In this document: positions 49,162-58,503 of the stretch, piece by piece | How positions within the stretch are numbered: position 1 is the first letter of the stretch | Layout of the letters: the number at the start of each line of letters is the position of its first letter | Source: Deltaproteobacteria bacterium | GTDB lineage: Bacteria > Myxococcota_A > Polyangia > Fen-1088 | DNA length: 64,000 nt | NCBI GenBank assembly: GCA_033763315.1 | Contig: JANRKS010000007.1 | Location: 160,001 to 224,000, forward strand | Direction: 5' to 3' | Notes under the pieces: model-generated | The model's database searches: none | Told to the model about the DNA's origin: nothing | Seen by the model: the letters and a program-made list of their open reading frames with translations, nothing else | Program-made: the position numbers and the translations under genes

Positions 49162-50553
49162 CTAGGCCACCAACCCAGGTATGAGGCCCTTCGGCAGCGA
49201 AGGATCGCCGAAGTCATCGATGGGCCCGCCAGCGCTCGAACGCACGCCGGCGGCCGTGATCAGCGTGTTAAGCAACTTGTTGTTCATCACTTTGGGCAGA
49301 TCTAAGAATTGGCCTGTCTTCAAGTAGCCGCCCGCGCGGCCCGCAATGATGTACGGCACGTTCTTGTACTGATGGTATCCATCGCCCAGTTGGTTGGCCC
49401 ACGCGGCGAAGCCCAAATCCAAAAGGGATCCCATGGGCGTTTTTACCGCACCCATCTTGCCTATCAACATGCCGAAGTGACGCAGATGAATGCGATCAAT
49501 TTGATGGTGCATCAAGTCCGCCCCATCGATCGGCGTGCCTTCCGTGCCGTCGCCGTTGATGCGATGAGAAATGTGATGGTAGCTGGGCAGCTTCACGCCG
49601 TTGACCGTGTAGCCGATGCCATCCGTGCCATCGCCGTTCTGAATGAACACCACCCGGTGCTGACCTGAAGCCAACGCGAACACCGCCAGATCGAACTCAA
49701 GCGCCAAAACTTTAAGGCGGTTACCATCGGTGCCTTGCTGCCCATCCACCGACTTGAGGTCTGCCACGGTGGCTGCCGGGAGCTCTTTGACCATTTGCTG
49801 TTCGATGTCACGAACGCTGGCCAGGTGCATGCTGATGCGCTGACGATCGGCAGACGACAAAGTCTTGTCGCCCAGCAACACGTTCAACTCGCCTCGCACA
49901 AGATCATTGACGCTTCTGCGGCGGTTTAACACAAGCTCTTGAGCCGCCCCAGCGCCGCCCGTCATGCTGACGATCTTCGAATAAGCCGTCCATGGATTCG
50001 CTTCGGCTATGATCAGATCTTTTGTGCCACGAAACGAGATGTGATCGTTGATATAGCCATACTTTGGCCCCGCATAAAGCGCGAATGGCTCCTTGCCAGC
50101 CAGCGCCTGCGAGATTCGATAGTCAGCCGAAGGCCCCATCGCCAACGATTTGTTCTTGGCGGGATCCGCAGATACCTTGGCGGCCGTCAACAACTGATTG
50201 CCGCCACCGCTGTGGCCGCAGCCGTTGCCATCAAAGGCCATGCTAACGCCACGAATGATGTTCAGGTAATCGGCATACGCGGCCAGCTCGCTCACAGCGC
50301 GGCCCGAATCCGCCATCATCGATGCCGTGGTTAACGCGCCTGCCTTCGTGGGCCAAAAGCGCTCAGGTTCGTTGCCAAAACCAGGTTGCTGTTGCACACC
50401 GTTCATGTCCACCAGAAACACCGCGTAGCCCGGCGCGGGGCCCGCAGCGCGTGCGGTCTTTGGCATGAACGATTCAAGCAGTGGCAGGCCCAGGGCCACA
50501 CCGGTGCCACGCAGGAAACGACGACGATCCAAAACAGAATTCTTGATGGTCAT
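49162..50553 (-). CDS. DUF1552 family Tat-exported protein
   Basis: DRRRFLRGTGVALGLPLLESF, HLASVRDIE, YHHISH, GRAGGYLKTG. Confidence 0.9.
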   Translation of the reverse strand: MTIKNSVLDRRRFLRGTGVALGLPLLESFMPKTARAAGPAPGYAVFLVDMNGVQQQPGFGNEPERFWPTKAGALTTASMMADSGRAVSELAAYADYLNIIRGVSMAFDGNGCGHSGGGNQLLTAAKVSADPAKNKSLAMGPSADYRISQALAGKEPFALYAGPKYGYINDHISFRGTKDLIIAEANPWTAYSKIVSMTGGAGAAQELVLNRRRSVNDLVRGELNVLLGDKTLSSADRQRISMHLASVRDIEQQMVKELPAATVADLKSVDGQQGTDGNRLKVLALEFDLAVFALASGQHRVVFIQNGDGTDGIGYTVNGVKLPSYHHISHRINGDGTEGTPIDGADLMHHQIDRIHLRHFGMLIGKMGAVKTPMGSLLDLGFAAWANQLGDGYHQYKNVPYIIAGRAGGYLKTGQFLDLPKVMNNKLLNTLITAAGVRSSAGGPIDDFGDPSLPKGLIPGLVA

Positions 50554-50572
50554 AGGTTTTCCCTCGGCAGGT

Positions 50573-52294
50573 TTACAGGGCCGCCCGGAACATGAACGCT
50601 TCGCTCGTCACAAGCTCAAGCATCGATTCTTTGATGGCTTGCGACTGCGACAGCGAAGCGTTCGCCACGCGGTTCACAAGGAAGGCGTCGGCCTCCTCGG
50701 GGCGGCGTCCGAACAAATACTCAAGCCACGCGCCAGTCAAGCATTGGTGTACGCTTTGGCTTTTCGCCAGCAAGGCAACAAATTCGACGCTTGATTTCCA
50801 CGAGCGTTCGACGCCGTCAATCTCAAGGCTGCCACTGTCATCAATGGCCGCGCCATTGTCTAACGTGCGGTATTTCCCGATGGCATCAAACTTCTCGAAC
50901 GCAAAGCCCGCTGGGTTGATCAAAGTGCCGTGGCAAGGACCGCCGCACGTGCCCGGGCCCGTGTGAGCCGTCACGCGCTCGCGGTTGGTCTTGCCTCCCG
51001 TCGGGGGCACAGGGGGAACGTTCTTCGCCGGTGGTGGCAAGTTGGTACACATGACGTTGACGTGAACAAACACGCCTCGGTGAATCGAATCGATTTCCGT
51101 TCTGTGCGCGTTGGACGCCAAGAATCCGGGTTGGGTCAACAAGCCCGAACGTTGTTTGGCGTCAAGATCCACCTTCTTGAATTCGTCCGTGAAGGTTCCG
51201 GAAAGACCGTAGACCTTGGCAAGCCGCTGGTTCACAAACGTAAACGGAGCCGTCAATAGGTCTGCCTGGCTGCCCGTGGCCTGCGACACGATTTCACTGG
51301 TAAAGCGCAACGTTTCTTGCCGCATATCCGCGCCAATGCCCGCGACGAATTCGGGCACTTTCGCCGCGTCTTTGTCGATCCCGTCATAGGTGTAAAGCCG
51401 CAGCAACTGCGTGTAAAAGTCATTGATCGCGTCTTTGCCGCCCGTGCTTGAAAGCAAACGTGTGGCGTGTCTGCGTACCTCGGCGCGCACGTCCGCGACG
51501 TTGCCTTGCAATTTGCCGTCAGCCGCCGCCGCCAACAGTTCGCTGTCGGGCATCGTGTTGGCCAAGCCGTACGAGATCCGCGATGCCATCTCCCACCCAG
51601 TCAATGGCACCTTGCCATCCACAACCTTGTTTGTTTGGCCCACTTCAATGCGGTAAAGGAAATGCGGTGATTGCAGCATGGCCTCAATCACCGCACGCAT
51701 GCCCAACACGCTGGCGTCGCCCGCGCCATAGAGCGCTGACCCCTTTGCAAACAGGGCTGCGTAGCGATCCACTTCTTCGGTCGTCAGGGGCCGACGAAAC
51801 GCGCGGCGGCCAAAAGCTTCGATAAATGGCTTGGGCTGCACGGCACCCGTGGCACCACTTGGTTTCAATTTGGCCAACAAGGTGGCGTCCGATGACACCT
51901 TCGCGGCCAATGCCTCGGATGCGATTTGATAATCGTTAAACAAACCGTCCGTGACCTGCAGGGCGCCACCGGCGTTATCGAAACGGCCATGAGACGCGTC
52001 GCCGGTGAACGTTGAGGTCAGGCCAGGGGCCTTGGGCAACCCGAGCAGATCCCGCGTGGTGTTTTCCCACTGCTTGTGCGACAAGCGAGCAAACTTGGAT
52101 GTGGCCACAACCGCGTCGGCACCATCGGATGGCGCCCCGCCGCTGGAGGCTCCACCGCGTGCGCCGGAGCCGGTTCCACCTTGGCCCGTTGAGCCACCGT
52201 CATCAGCCTCGGGAGAATCACCTAAGCCGACGCTGCCCGTACAGGCGGAGCCCAGCCATCCCAAAACCAAAAGGGACACGTTTGCGTGCTTCAC
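50573..52294 (-). CDS. DUF1592 family (DUF1587/1595/1592/1588/1585) lipoprotein
   Basis: RLSHKQWENTTRDLLG, RRAFRRPL, LQSPHFLYRIE, RSGLLTQ, CGGPCH...GFAFEKFDAIGKYR. Confidence 0.92.
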   Translation of the reverse strand: MKHANVSLLVLGWLGSACTGSVGLGDSPEADDGGSTGQGGTGSGARGGASSGGAPSDGADAVVATSKFARLSHKQWENTTRDLLGLPKAPGLTSTFTGDASHGRFDNAGGALQVTDGLFNDYQIASEALAAKVSSDATLLAKLKPSGATGAVQPKPFIEAFGRRAFRRPLTTEEVDRYAALFAKGSALYGAGDASVLGMRAVIEAMLQSPHFLYRIEVGQTNKVVDGKVPLTGWEMASRISYGLANTMPDSELLAAAADGKLQGNVADVRAEVRRHATRLLSSTGGKDAINDFYTQLLRLYTYDGIDKDAAKVPEFVAGIGADMRQETLRFTSEIVSQATGSQADLLTAPFTFVNQRLAKVYGLSGTFTDEFKKVDLDAKQRSGLLTQPGFLASNAHRTEIDSIHRGVFVHVNVMCTNLPPPAKNVPPVPPTGGKTNRERVTAHTGPGTCGGPCHGTLINPAGFAFEKFDAIGKYRTLDNGAAIDDSGSLEIDGVERSWKSSVEFVALLAKSQSVHQCLTGAWLEYLFGRRPEEADAFLVNRVANASLSQSQAIKESMLELVTSEAFMFRAAL

Positions 52295-52354
52295 GAACCC
52301 TAAGTGTTCACGAAGTCAGAATGTGGCTCAACCCCGGACGGGCTGATCGACAGC

Positions 52355-53032
52355 CTAGAGCCGCTCGAATTGGATATGGTCTATCCAAACATCGAACTTT
52401 TGGTCCAAGGCAACGTGGAATTGAACGATTTCGTCGAGTTTAAAGCTGGCTGGCGGCACGCCCCAGCCCATCTGTCGTAGATCCGCAAACGGCAAAACGA
52501 AGCGCTGCCAGCGACCCGTGACAGCCACACCCGTGCCAAAGTTATCAACGCAGGAGGTGCAGCGGCCGTTCCAAGCCGTCTCCATGGTGGACACGCTGGC
52601 TCTGAACGTGCGCGGACGTGTGTCGTTGGGCGACAGCGCCATATAAAACGAAATGGCGTTCCACCCGGAACCGTTGAAAGGCGAAGGATGCGGAGGGGCC
52701 GCGAAGAAAACACTGGCAGAAGCTCCCCACCCGGTCTGACCCGTCGTGGAAAGGTGCATCGCGTATTTGCCCAACGCCGCGCACGTGTTGGATACAGAGG
52801 CCGTCGGCTTGGCGCTGTCATCATCCCAAATTTCCCAATTGCCGCCCAAGCCGCCTGTACGGCCCGTCAGATTGTCGCCGTCTTCAAGATCATCGATGAT
52901 CAGATAAGCTTGCGGTTGCGGAGGCAATTGCACGTTCGGCAACGGACACGCGGGCGATGCTGTCAATGTTTCTACTGTCGATGGCTCGCAAGCCGCGAGG
53001 CACAACAGCCCCAGAATCACGACCGACCTCAT
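52355..53032 (-). CDS. Lipoprotein with carbohydrate-binding (CBM11-like) domain
   Basis: LAAC lipobox, IIDDLEDGD, WQRFVLPFADLRQMGWG, FDVWIDHIQF. Confidence 0.75.
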   Translation of the reverse strand: MRSVVILGLLCLAACEPSTVETLTASPACPLPNVQLPPQPQAYLIIDDLEDGDNLTGRTGGLGGNWEIWDDDSAKPTASVSNTCAALGKYAMHLSTTGQTGWGASASVFFAAPPHPSPFNGSGWNAISFYMALSPNDTRPRTFRASVSTMETAWNGRCTSCVDNFGTGVAVTGRWQRFVLPFADLRQMGWGVPPASFKLDEIVQFHVALDQKFDVWIDHIQFERL

Positions 53033-54009
53033 CGCGATAGGGCCTCAATCGTTAGAACTGCCGCCGCGCCCAACTGCCCCACAGCGCCCACATCGCGTTG
53101 TGCATGAGCGATGCGGGTCTCGGAGAAATTCGCACCGCCGGATAGATCGAGTCCACCGCGCAACCACGAAGCCAGGTTCACGCCAGCCCGTGCATGACTG
53201 TAAATGCCAAGCTCCGTAAAGGTTTGGTCGCGCGCGATGACGGAGCTGTTGGCGAAGCCCTCCACTTGCCAAATCTGCCACAAAAGCCCCACACCCACGG
53301 CAGCAAACCAACGCGTAAACGTGTGGTCAACACGCACGCCCAAAGCCAGCCCCCAGGGCGTGGCCCGGGTGGTGCCCTCCAGGGTATGCAAGTCACTCGT
53401 TTGCCAGGGACCTTGCAGCAGCAACTCGGGGCCCACACCACGCCACAAAGACCAAGCCGCTTCCACGCGAAGAATAGGTACCGCAGGAAAGCCACCACGT
53501 TGTTTGAATACGCCGGCGCCAGCGCCCAAGAGGAACGCAGGCTTTGAAGCGGATGCCGGCTCAGCCGCGGCGGCCTGGTGAACATCGGCCACGGCCCCCG
53601 GTGATGTCGCGGATTGCCCCTGCAAAGCGGCGCGCACCAATTCCGTTGTCTGCAACACAACCATCGCCACATCCGGTCCATCAGGCCGCTCGTCGACCAC
53701 CAAGTTCCTCACCATCGGTCGACCATTGGCGGTTTCGTCCAACCACAGTTCAACGCCCTTGCCCGAGGGCAAAGCGCGCACAACCGACAAGCAACCGTCT
53801 TTGCGCGCAAGCGCGTCCAAAGGCTCATCCGAAAACGTTTGCGTTCGCGTGGCCAGGCCCGCCGTTGCAAGCTCCGCCAACAGCCGTGGCGAGAACATGT
53901 CTGCGCCTGCGCCTGTGTTCGTGATCAACAACACATCACAGCGCGGTTGCGCCCACGCATTCCCCGTACACAGGGATAAGGCCACCCACAAAAGCGCGCT
54001 ACGAGCCAT
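53029..54009 (-). CDS. Secreted hypothetical protein with probable C-terminal beta-barrel
   Basis: Signal peptide (AWA) and amphipathic beta-strands in the C-terminal half. Stop overlaps the next start. Confidence 0.65.
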   Translation of the reverse strand: MARSALLWVALSLCTGNAWAQPRCDVLLITNTGAGADMFSPRLLAELATAGLATRTQTFSDEPLDALARKDGCLSVVRALPSGKGVELWLDETANGRPMVRNLVVDERPDGPDVAMVVLQTTELVRAALQGQSATSPGAVADVHQAAAAEPASASKPAFLLGAGAGVFKQRGGFPAVPILRVEAAWSLWRGVGPELLLQGPWQTSDLHTLEGTTRATPWGLALGVRVDHTFTRWFAAVGVGLLWQIWQVEGFANSSVIARDQTFTELGIYSHARAGVNLASWLRGGLDLSGGANFSETRIAHAQRDVGAVGQLGAAAVLTIEALSR

Positions 54010-54059
54010 CAACTTGGCGATTATACGCTGCGTGTGGCCTTCACAGTGGTGTGCAATGA

Positions 54060-55250
54060 CTATTGACTTAACAAACGTCTCGCCAAGCCCGCGTAAGGGC
54101 CATTCGGAAAGCGCGCCAAATAAGCGCGCGCGTCGTCGTGAGCCGCCGCTTGGCTGCCCGAATCTGTGAGGGACATTCGTTGGCGCGCCTGCAATAGCCG
54201 GCCCCACGCGTCTCCCACGAGAGCCCCCTGCGGGTTATCGGCCAAGTAGCGAGTGAAATGCAAAGCGGCGGCCTCATAGTTCTGATTTTGATCGAAGGCG
54301 AGACGTCCCAAATGAAAGGTCGCTAACGCGCTTTGAGGTGAGTGAGGAAAGCGTTTGTTCAAGATGCCCAAGGCTTGCTCGGCCGCCGTCACATCGCCCG
54401 CCAACCGGGCGGCGTCCCCCAGATCCAAAAGTTCGGCCGCGCTTGCTGTTCGGCAAAGACCCACAAATCCAGCGGCCTTCGCGTGAGCCAAAGCCTCTTG
54501 GTATCGCCCCGCCTTTGCCAATTGCCACCACAGATTGTTGGCCATCGCTACGCGCTTGGGGCTGGCGGGCATAGGCTCACTTTCTGGCGTACGCGTCGCA
54601 GCTGCTTTTGCCGCTTCAAATGCCACAGGTGCCTCATCACACAGGGCCACCAAACGCTGTGGCGCCACCATCTTGCGCGCGTCTTTTAAACACGTGCCCG
54701 TGACGGTCACAGATCCTTCCACCAACACCACTTCCATGCGCTGCTGCTCGGGCTGCCAATCCACTGAGAAACGCGTGCCCGTGACGTTGACGGCAAAGGG
54801 CCCCGCCTCCACGGCCCACGCACGGCCTTTGCCCTTTTGAATGGCAAGCGCAGCGTGCCCTCGATGCAATTGCACGCGCGCCTTGGTTTTTCCGAACTCT
54901 GCCACACGCAATTGGCTGCGCGGATCAAGCTCAATGCGGCTGCCTTCATCGAACCGCAATGGCAAGGGGCGCGCCTGTGTTTCGAGCAACGCGCCCACTT
55001 CACCGGGCACCTCGCCCGCCACAAAGCCAACGGTGGTGCGTGCACGCCGCAGCGGCATCCACGCCAACGCCAAAACAACAACCGTGGCGGCAGCGCCAAC
55101 CAAGACAAACGCCGGCGAACGCCGCACGGGCCGGTGAACTTGACGTAGAAAGGCCGCACGTCCCGCACGCGCTGCCTCTTCAGAGGGCACGGCCCTCGCC
55201 ATCGCGTCGTTCACCGCCCCACCCAGTTGCTTTAAGCTTTCAGTTCCCAT
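54060..55250 (-). CDS. FecR-domain anti-sigma factor with C-terminal TPR
   Basis: TM helix, VEAGPFAVNVTGTRFSVDW...EGSV FecR motif, YLARFPNGPY TPR end. Confidence 0.88.
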   Translation of the reverse strand: MGTESLKQLGGAVNDAMARAVPSEEAARAGRAAFLRQVHRPVRRSPAFVLVGAAATVVVLALAWMPLRRARTTVGFVAGEVPGEVGALLETQARPLPLRFDEGSRIELDPRSQLRVAEFGKTKARVQLHRGHAALAIQKGKGRAWAVEAGPFAVNVTGTRFSVDWQPEQQRMEVVLVEGSVTVTGTCLKDARKMVAPQRLVALCDEAPVAFEAAKAAATRTPESEPMPASPKRVAMANNLWWQLAKAGRYQEALAHAKAAGFVGLCRTASAAELLDLGDAARLAGDVTAAEQALGILNKRFPHSPQSALATFHLGRLAFDQNQNYEAAALHFTRYLADNPQGALVGDAWGRLLQARQRMSLTDSGSQAAAHDDARAYLARFPNGPYAGLARRLLSQ

Positions 55251-55864
55251 CGCTCCCCCTCTTCAATAAACGCGCGCAAGCGTGGGCTCTTGTGAGCCAC
55301 AGCTAAAAAGCGTGCTTCCGCCTTCGCCAAGCGCCGCTTGAACGTCGCCAAAGAAACCTTCATCGAGGCCGCAGCCTCGGCCAGCGGCAAGCCATCAATC
55401 AATCGCAGCGCAAAGGCCAAGCGCTCGTCCGCGGGCATGGTGTTCAACACTGCGTAAACCTCTTGCAACGCTTGTCTGACGTCATCGGCCACGGGCAAGG
55501 CGACTGTGGGTTGTACTTGCACGGGCGAGAACACCGAAAGCCACTTGCGGCGCGCCCGGCGGCGCAGACACGCCCGCGCCGTGAACACCGCAATCGTGGT
55601 AAGCCACGGACCGAGGCGCGACGGGTCGTCCAAGGAACGGATGTCAGCCAACGCATGAATGAACGTCTCTTGTAGAAGGTCGGGCGCTTCGGCATCGGGG
55701 CCCAACGTGCGCGTGATCGTGCGGTGCACGCCCTGGGCGTAACGGTCCCACAACGCAGCGGCCGCACCCGGGTGTCGCAGACGCAGCGCGGCCACGAGGG
55801 CGTGATCGTCCCCCGAAAAGCGCAGGGGTTCGACGTTGTTGGGGGTGTTGCGCGCCAAGGACAT
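55232..55864 (-). CDS. ECF RNA polymerase sigma factor
   Basis: DLLQETF...WLTTIA region 2; ERLAFALR...SLATFKRRL region 4. Confidence 0.92.
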   Translation of the reverse strand: MSLARNTPNNVEPLRFSGDDHALVAALRLRHPGAAAALWDRYAQGVHRTITRTLGPDAEAPDLLQETFIHALADIRSLDDPSRLGPWLTTIAVFTARACLRRRARRKWLSVFSPVQVQPTVALPVADDVRQALQEVYAVLNTMPADERLAFALRLIDGLPLAEAAASMKVSLATFKRRLAKAEARFLAVAHKSPRLRAFIEEGERWELKA

Positions 55865-55932
55865 AAGCTTAAACTGTCCTTAGTGTCCGCGAGCCGCGAA
55901 AACCGGCTCACCTCCCCTCTGACGGGGCGTCT

Positions 55933-56343
55933 TTAGGCTGGGAACGCCTCAGCGGCCGCGCTCAGCCGTGCCAATTCGTCGGCCTGGATCTCACGCTCGC
56001 CCATGAAGGCAATGCCCACCACCGCACGCACGCCGCCTTGCGCGTCGTGAATCGGTATCGCCACGGCGGCGTTGGCGTTCACCGCTTTGGCCCCTGGACG
56101 CACGTCACCTGAGGCGTCGTCTTTGAGGTTGCACGTTTGCACGGGCTTATCGCGTTCGAAGGCCAAACCCGCCATGCCTTTGCCAAATGGGATCACTTGC
56201 GTCACCTCGACGACCTTAGGTGGAATGTTGACGGAGGCTTGCATGCGCAACATCTGGCCGTCCCGCACGTGCACGGTGCCTGCAACGCCGCCATGGCTTG
56301 TGAGAAATGACGACAGCCATGCATTGGGATCGAAGGTGCTCAT
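55933..56343 (-). CDS. Stand-alone GAF domain protein
   Basis: IPFGKGMAGLAFERDKPVQTCNL, VAIPI...VRAVVGIA. Start placed at MSTFDP. Confidence 0.85.
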   Translation of the reverse strand: MSTFDPNAWLSSFLTSHGGVAGTVHVRDGQMLRMQASVNIPPKVVEVTQVIPFGKGMAGLAFERDKPVQTCNLKDDASGDVRPGAKAVNANAAVAIPIHDAQGGVRAVVGIAFMGEREIQADELARLSAAAEAFPA

Positions 56344-56393
56344 GGCCTGGCAGTTTGACACAAAATCGCAAGCCGCTGCTATGGTCGTGGCGC

Positions 56394-57020
56394 GTGGCCC
56401 AGCCAACAAACACTCCCAAGAGAGAATGGCGAAAGATCGTGGCTGTGGTGCTGGCCACACTGGCGATCCCGATCATTCCTTTCCTCGTGGTGGGCGAACT
56501 GCCGGGACAACAGTGGCTAGAAGGCCACAGCGCGCGTGGCTTGGGTGTGGGCGGCACCGGTGCGGTTTTGTTGGCGATGGATGTGCTTCTGCCGATCCCG
56601 TCGAGCCTCGTGGGCACGCTCATGGGTGCGCGGTTGGGGGTTGCCGCGGGCTTCGCTTGGGTGGCTGCGGGACTGATCGTGGGTCATCTGATCGGCTTCG
56701 CGCTCGGGCGTTTGTGGCCCGCGCGGTTCGCGCCCACTGTGGCACAAGCGCCCACGGGTCTTGCGGTATTTCTTAGCCGCCCGGTGCCCGTGTTTGCTGA
56801 GGCCGTGGCCATCGCGGCGGGTGCGGCTCGCTTGCCGCTTGGCACATATGTGTTGTGGTGCGTGTCAGGTGATGCGCTTTACGCGCTGGTGTTGGCGGCC
56901 AACGGCGCGCAGTTTTTACCGGAAAACATGGTGGTGTGGGCGTTGTTGCTGCCGATGGCTTTGCCCGTGATTTCGTGGCTGGCGTGGCGCGTGTGGCAAC
57001 GTCGCAAACGCGCAAATTGA
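56394..57020 (+). CDS. VTT/DedA (TVP38-like) membrane protein
   Basis: DVLLPIPSSLV and SRPVPVFAEA motifs. Start placed at a GTG. Confidence 0.8.
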   Translation: MAQPTNTPKREWRKIVAVVLATLAIPIIPFLVVGELPGQQWLEGHSARGLGVGGTGAVLLAMDVLLPIPSSLVGTLMGARLGVAAGFAWVAAGLIVGHLIGFALGRLWPARFAPTVAQAPTGLAVFLSRPVPVFAEAVAIAAGAARLPLGTYVLWCVSGDALYALVLAANGAQFLPENMVVWALLLPMALPVISWLAWRVWQRRKRAN

Positions 57021-57063
57021 TCGCGATTGCAGCGTAGAGAAGCGCCAGCACGGTGGCTACAAT

Positions 57064-58467
57064 GTGAAGGTGGATTCACACGCTGCCTCGCAAGCTTTGG
57101 TTGCAAAATACGATCGCCCCGGCCCGCGATACACCAGTTATCCAGCCGTTCCCGCGTGGCAAGAAACGTTTGATCACAAAGCCTACGAGACACGCTTAAA
57201 CGCCCATGCGGTGTCGCCTGCGCCAGCGCCACTCAGCCTTTACGTGCATTTGCCATTTTGCCGCAAACGCTGCCTTTACTGCGGTTGCAACGTGGTGATC
57301 AGCAACAAGCAAGACATCGTGCTGCCATATCTCGATGCGCTTCTTCAGGAGATCCGCATGGTGGCCGATCGGCTGGGCACCGCGCGGCACGCAATGCAAC
57401 TTCACTTTGGCGGCGGCACGCCCACCTTTCTCACGCCCGCTCAACTGCAGCACTTGGTCGGCGCCCTTGAGGCATCATTTGATTTTGTGGCTGGCGCCGA
57501 ACGGTCGGTGGAGGTGGATCCGCGTGTGACCACCGCAGAGCACCTGGCAACGCTGCGCGCTTTGGGTTTCGATCGCATTTCGATGGGCGTGCAAGATCTG
57601 GATGATGAAGTGCAAGTGGCGATCGGCCGCGTGCAACCCGCCGAACAAACACAGCGCTTCTTCGAGGATTGTCGCGCCGCCGGCTTTGCTTCGATCAACG
57701 TCGACTTGATTTACGGCCTGCCCCAACAAACCCCAGCCAGCTTCGATGCCACCATCGCCACGGTGGGCGCGTGGCAGCCCGATCGCATTGCGCTGTTCAG
57801 CTACGCGCACGTGCCACACATGCGGCCTCACCAAGCCAAAATGCCTGTGGGCTTGCTTCCGAGCGCCAGAACAAAACTCGGCCTTTATGTCAACGCCGTC
57901 GAGGCATTCGAACGCGCCGGCTATACGTGGATTGGCCTCGACCATTTCGCGAAACCCACAGATGAGTTGGCCACCGCCCACGCGCAACACACCCTGCGCC
58001 GAAACTTCATGGGCTTTACGACAAAGCCGGAAACAGATGTTGTGGCGTTCGGCCTATCGGCGATCAGTGAAGTGAACCACGCGTACGCGCAAAACGATCC
58101 GCACCTGCCCGGCTACCGCCGCCGCATTGAAAGTGGAACGCTTGCCACCACCCGTGGCGTGGAATTGACGCGCGATGATCAGATCCGGCGTGACGTCATC
58201 ATGTCGCTTCTGTGCACGAACCAAGTCAGCGCCGAGGCGATCGAACGCAAACACCACATCAGCTTTGCTGAATACTTCGCCGCCGAACATCAAGCGCTTG
58301 ACGCTTTGATGGGGGATGGGTTGCTCACGGCAAGCGCGGCTGGCATCCAAGTGACCCGCAAGGGCCGATGGGTGCTGCGCAACATCTGTATGGTGTTCGA
58401 TGCGCATTTGGCCCCCACGGCACAGCGAGCACGCGGCGCCCAACCCCAGTATTCCCGGACCATATAG
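57064..58467 (+). CDS. hemN: Oxygen-independent coproporphyrinogen III oxidase
   Basis: KYDRPGPRYTSYP, YVHLPFCRKRCLYCGC, GGGTPT, IGLDHFA, RNFMGF. Confidence 0.95.
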   Translation: MKVDSHAASQALVAKYDRPGPRYTSYPAVPAWQETFDHKAYETRLNAHAVSPAPAPLSLYVHLPFCRKRCLYCGCNVVISNKQDIVLPYLDALLQEIRMVADRLGTARHAMQLHFGGGTPTFLTPAQLQHLVGALEASFDFVAGAERSVEVDPRVTTAEHLATLRALGFDRISMGVQDLDDEVQVAIGRVQPAEQTQRFFEDCRAAGFASINVDLIYGLPQQTPASFDATIATVGAWQPDRIALFSYAHVPHMRPHQAKMPVGLLPSARTKLGLYVNAVEAFERAGYTWIGLDHFAKPTDELATAHAQHTLRRNFMGFTTKPETDVVAFGLSAISEVNHAYAQNDPHLPGYRRRIESGTLATTRGVELTRDDQIRRDVIMSLLCTNQVSAEAIERKHHISFAEYFAAEHQALDALMGDGLLTASAAGIQVTRKGRWVLRNICMVFDAHLAPTAQRARGAQPQYSRTI

Positions 58468-58503
58468 AGCCGCCGGGTCGGTTTGCAGGTAACCTTGCCA
58501 ACC

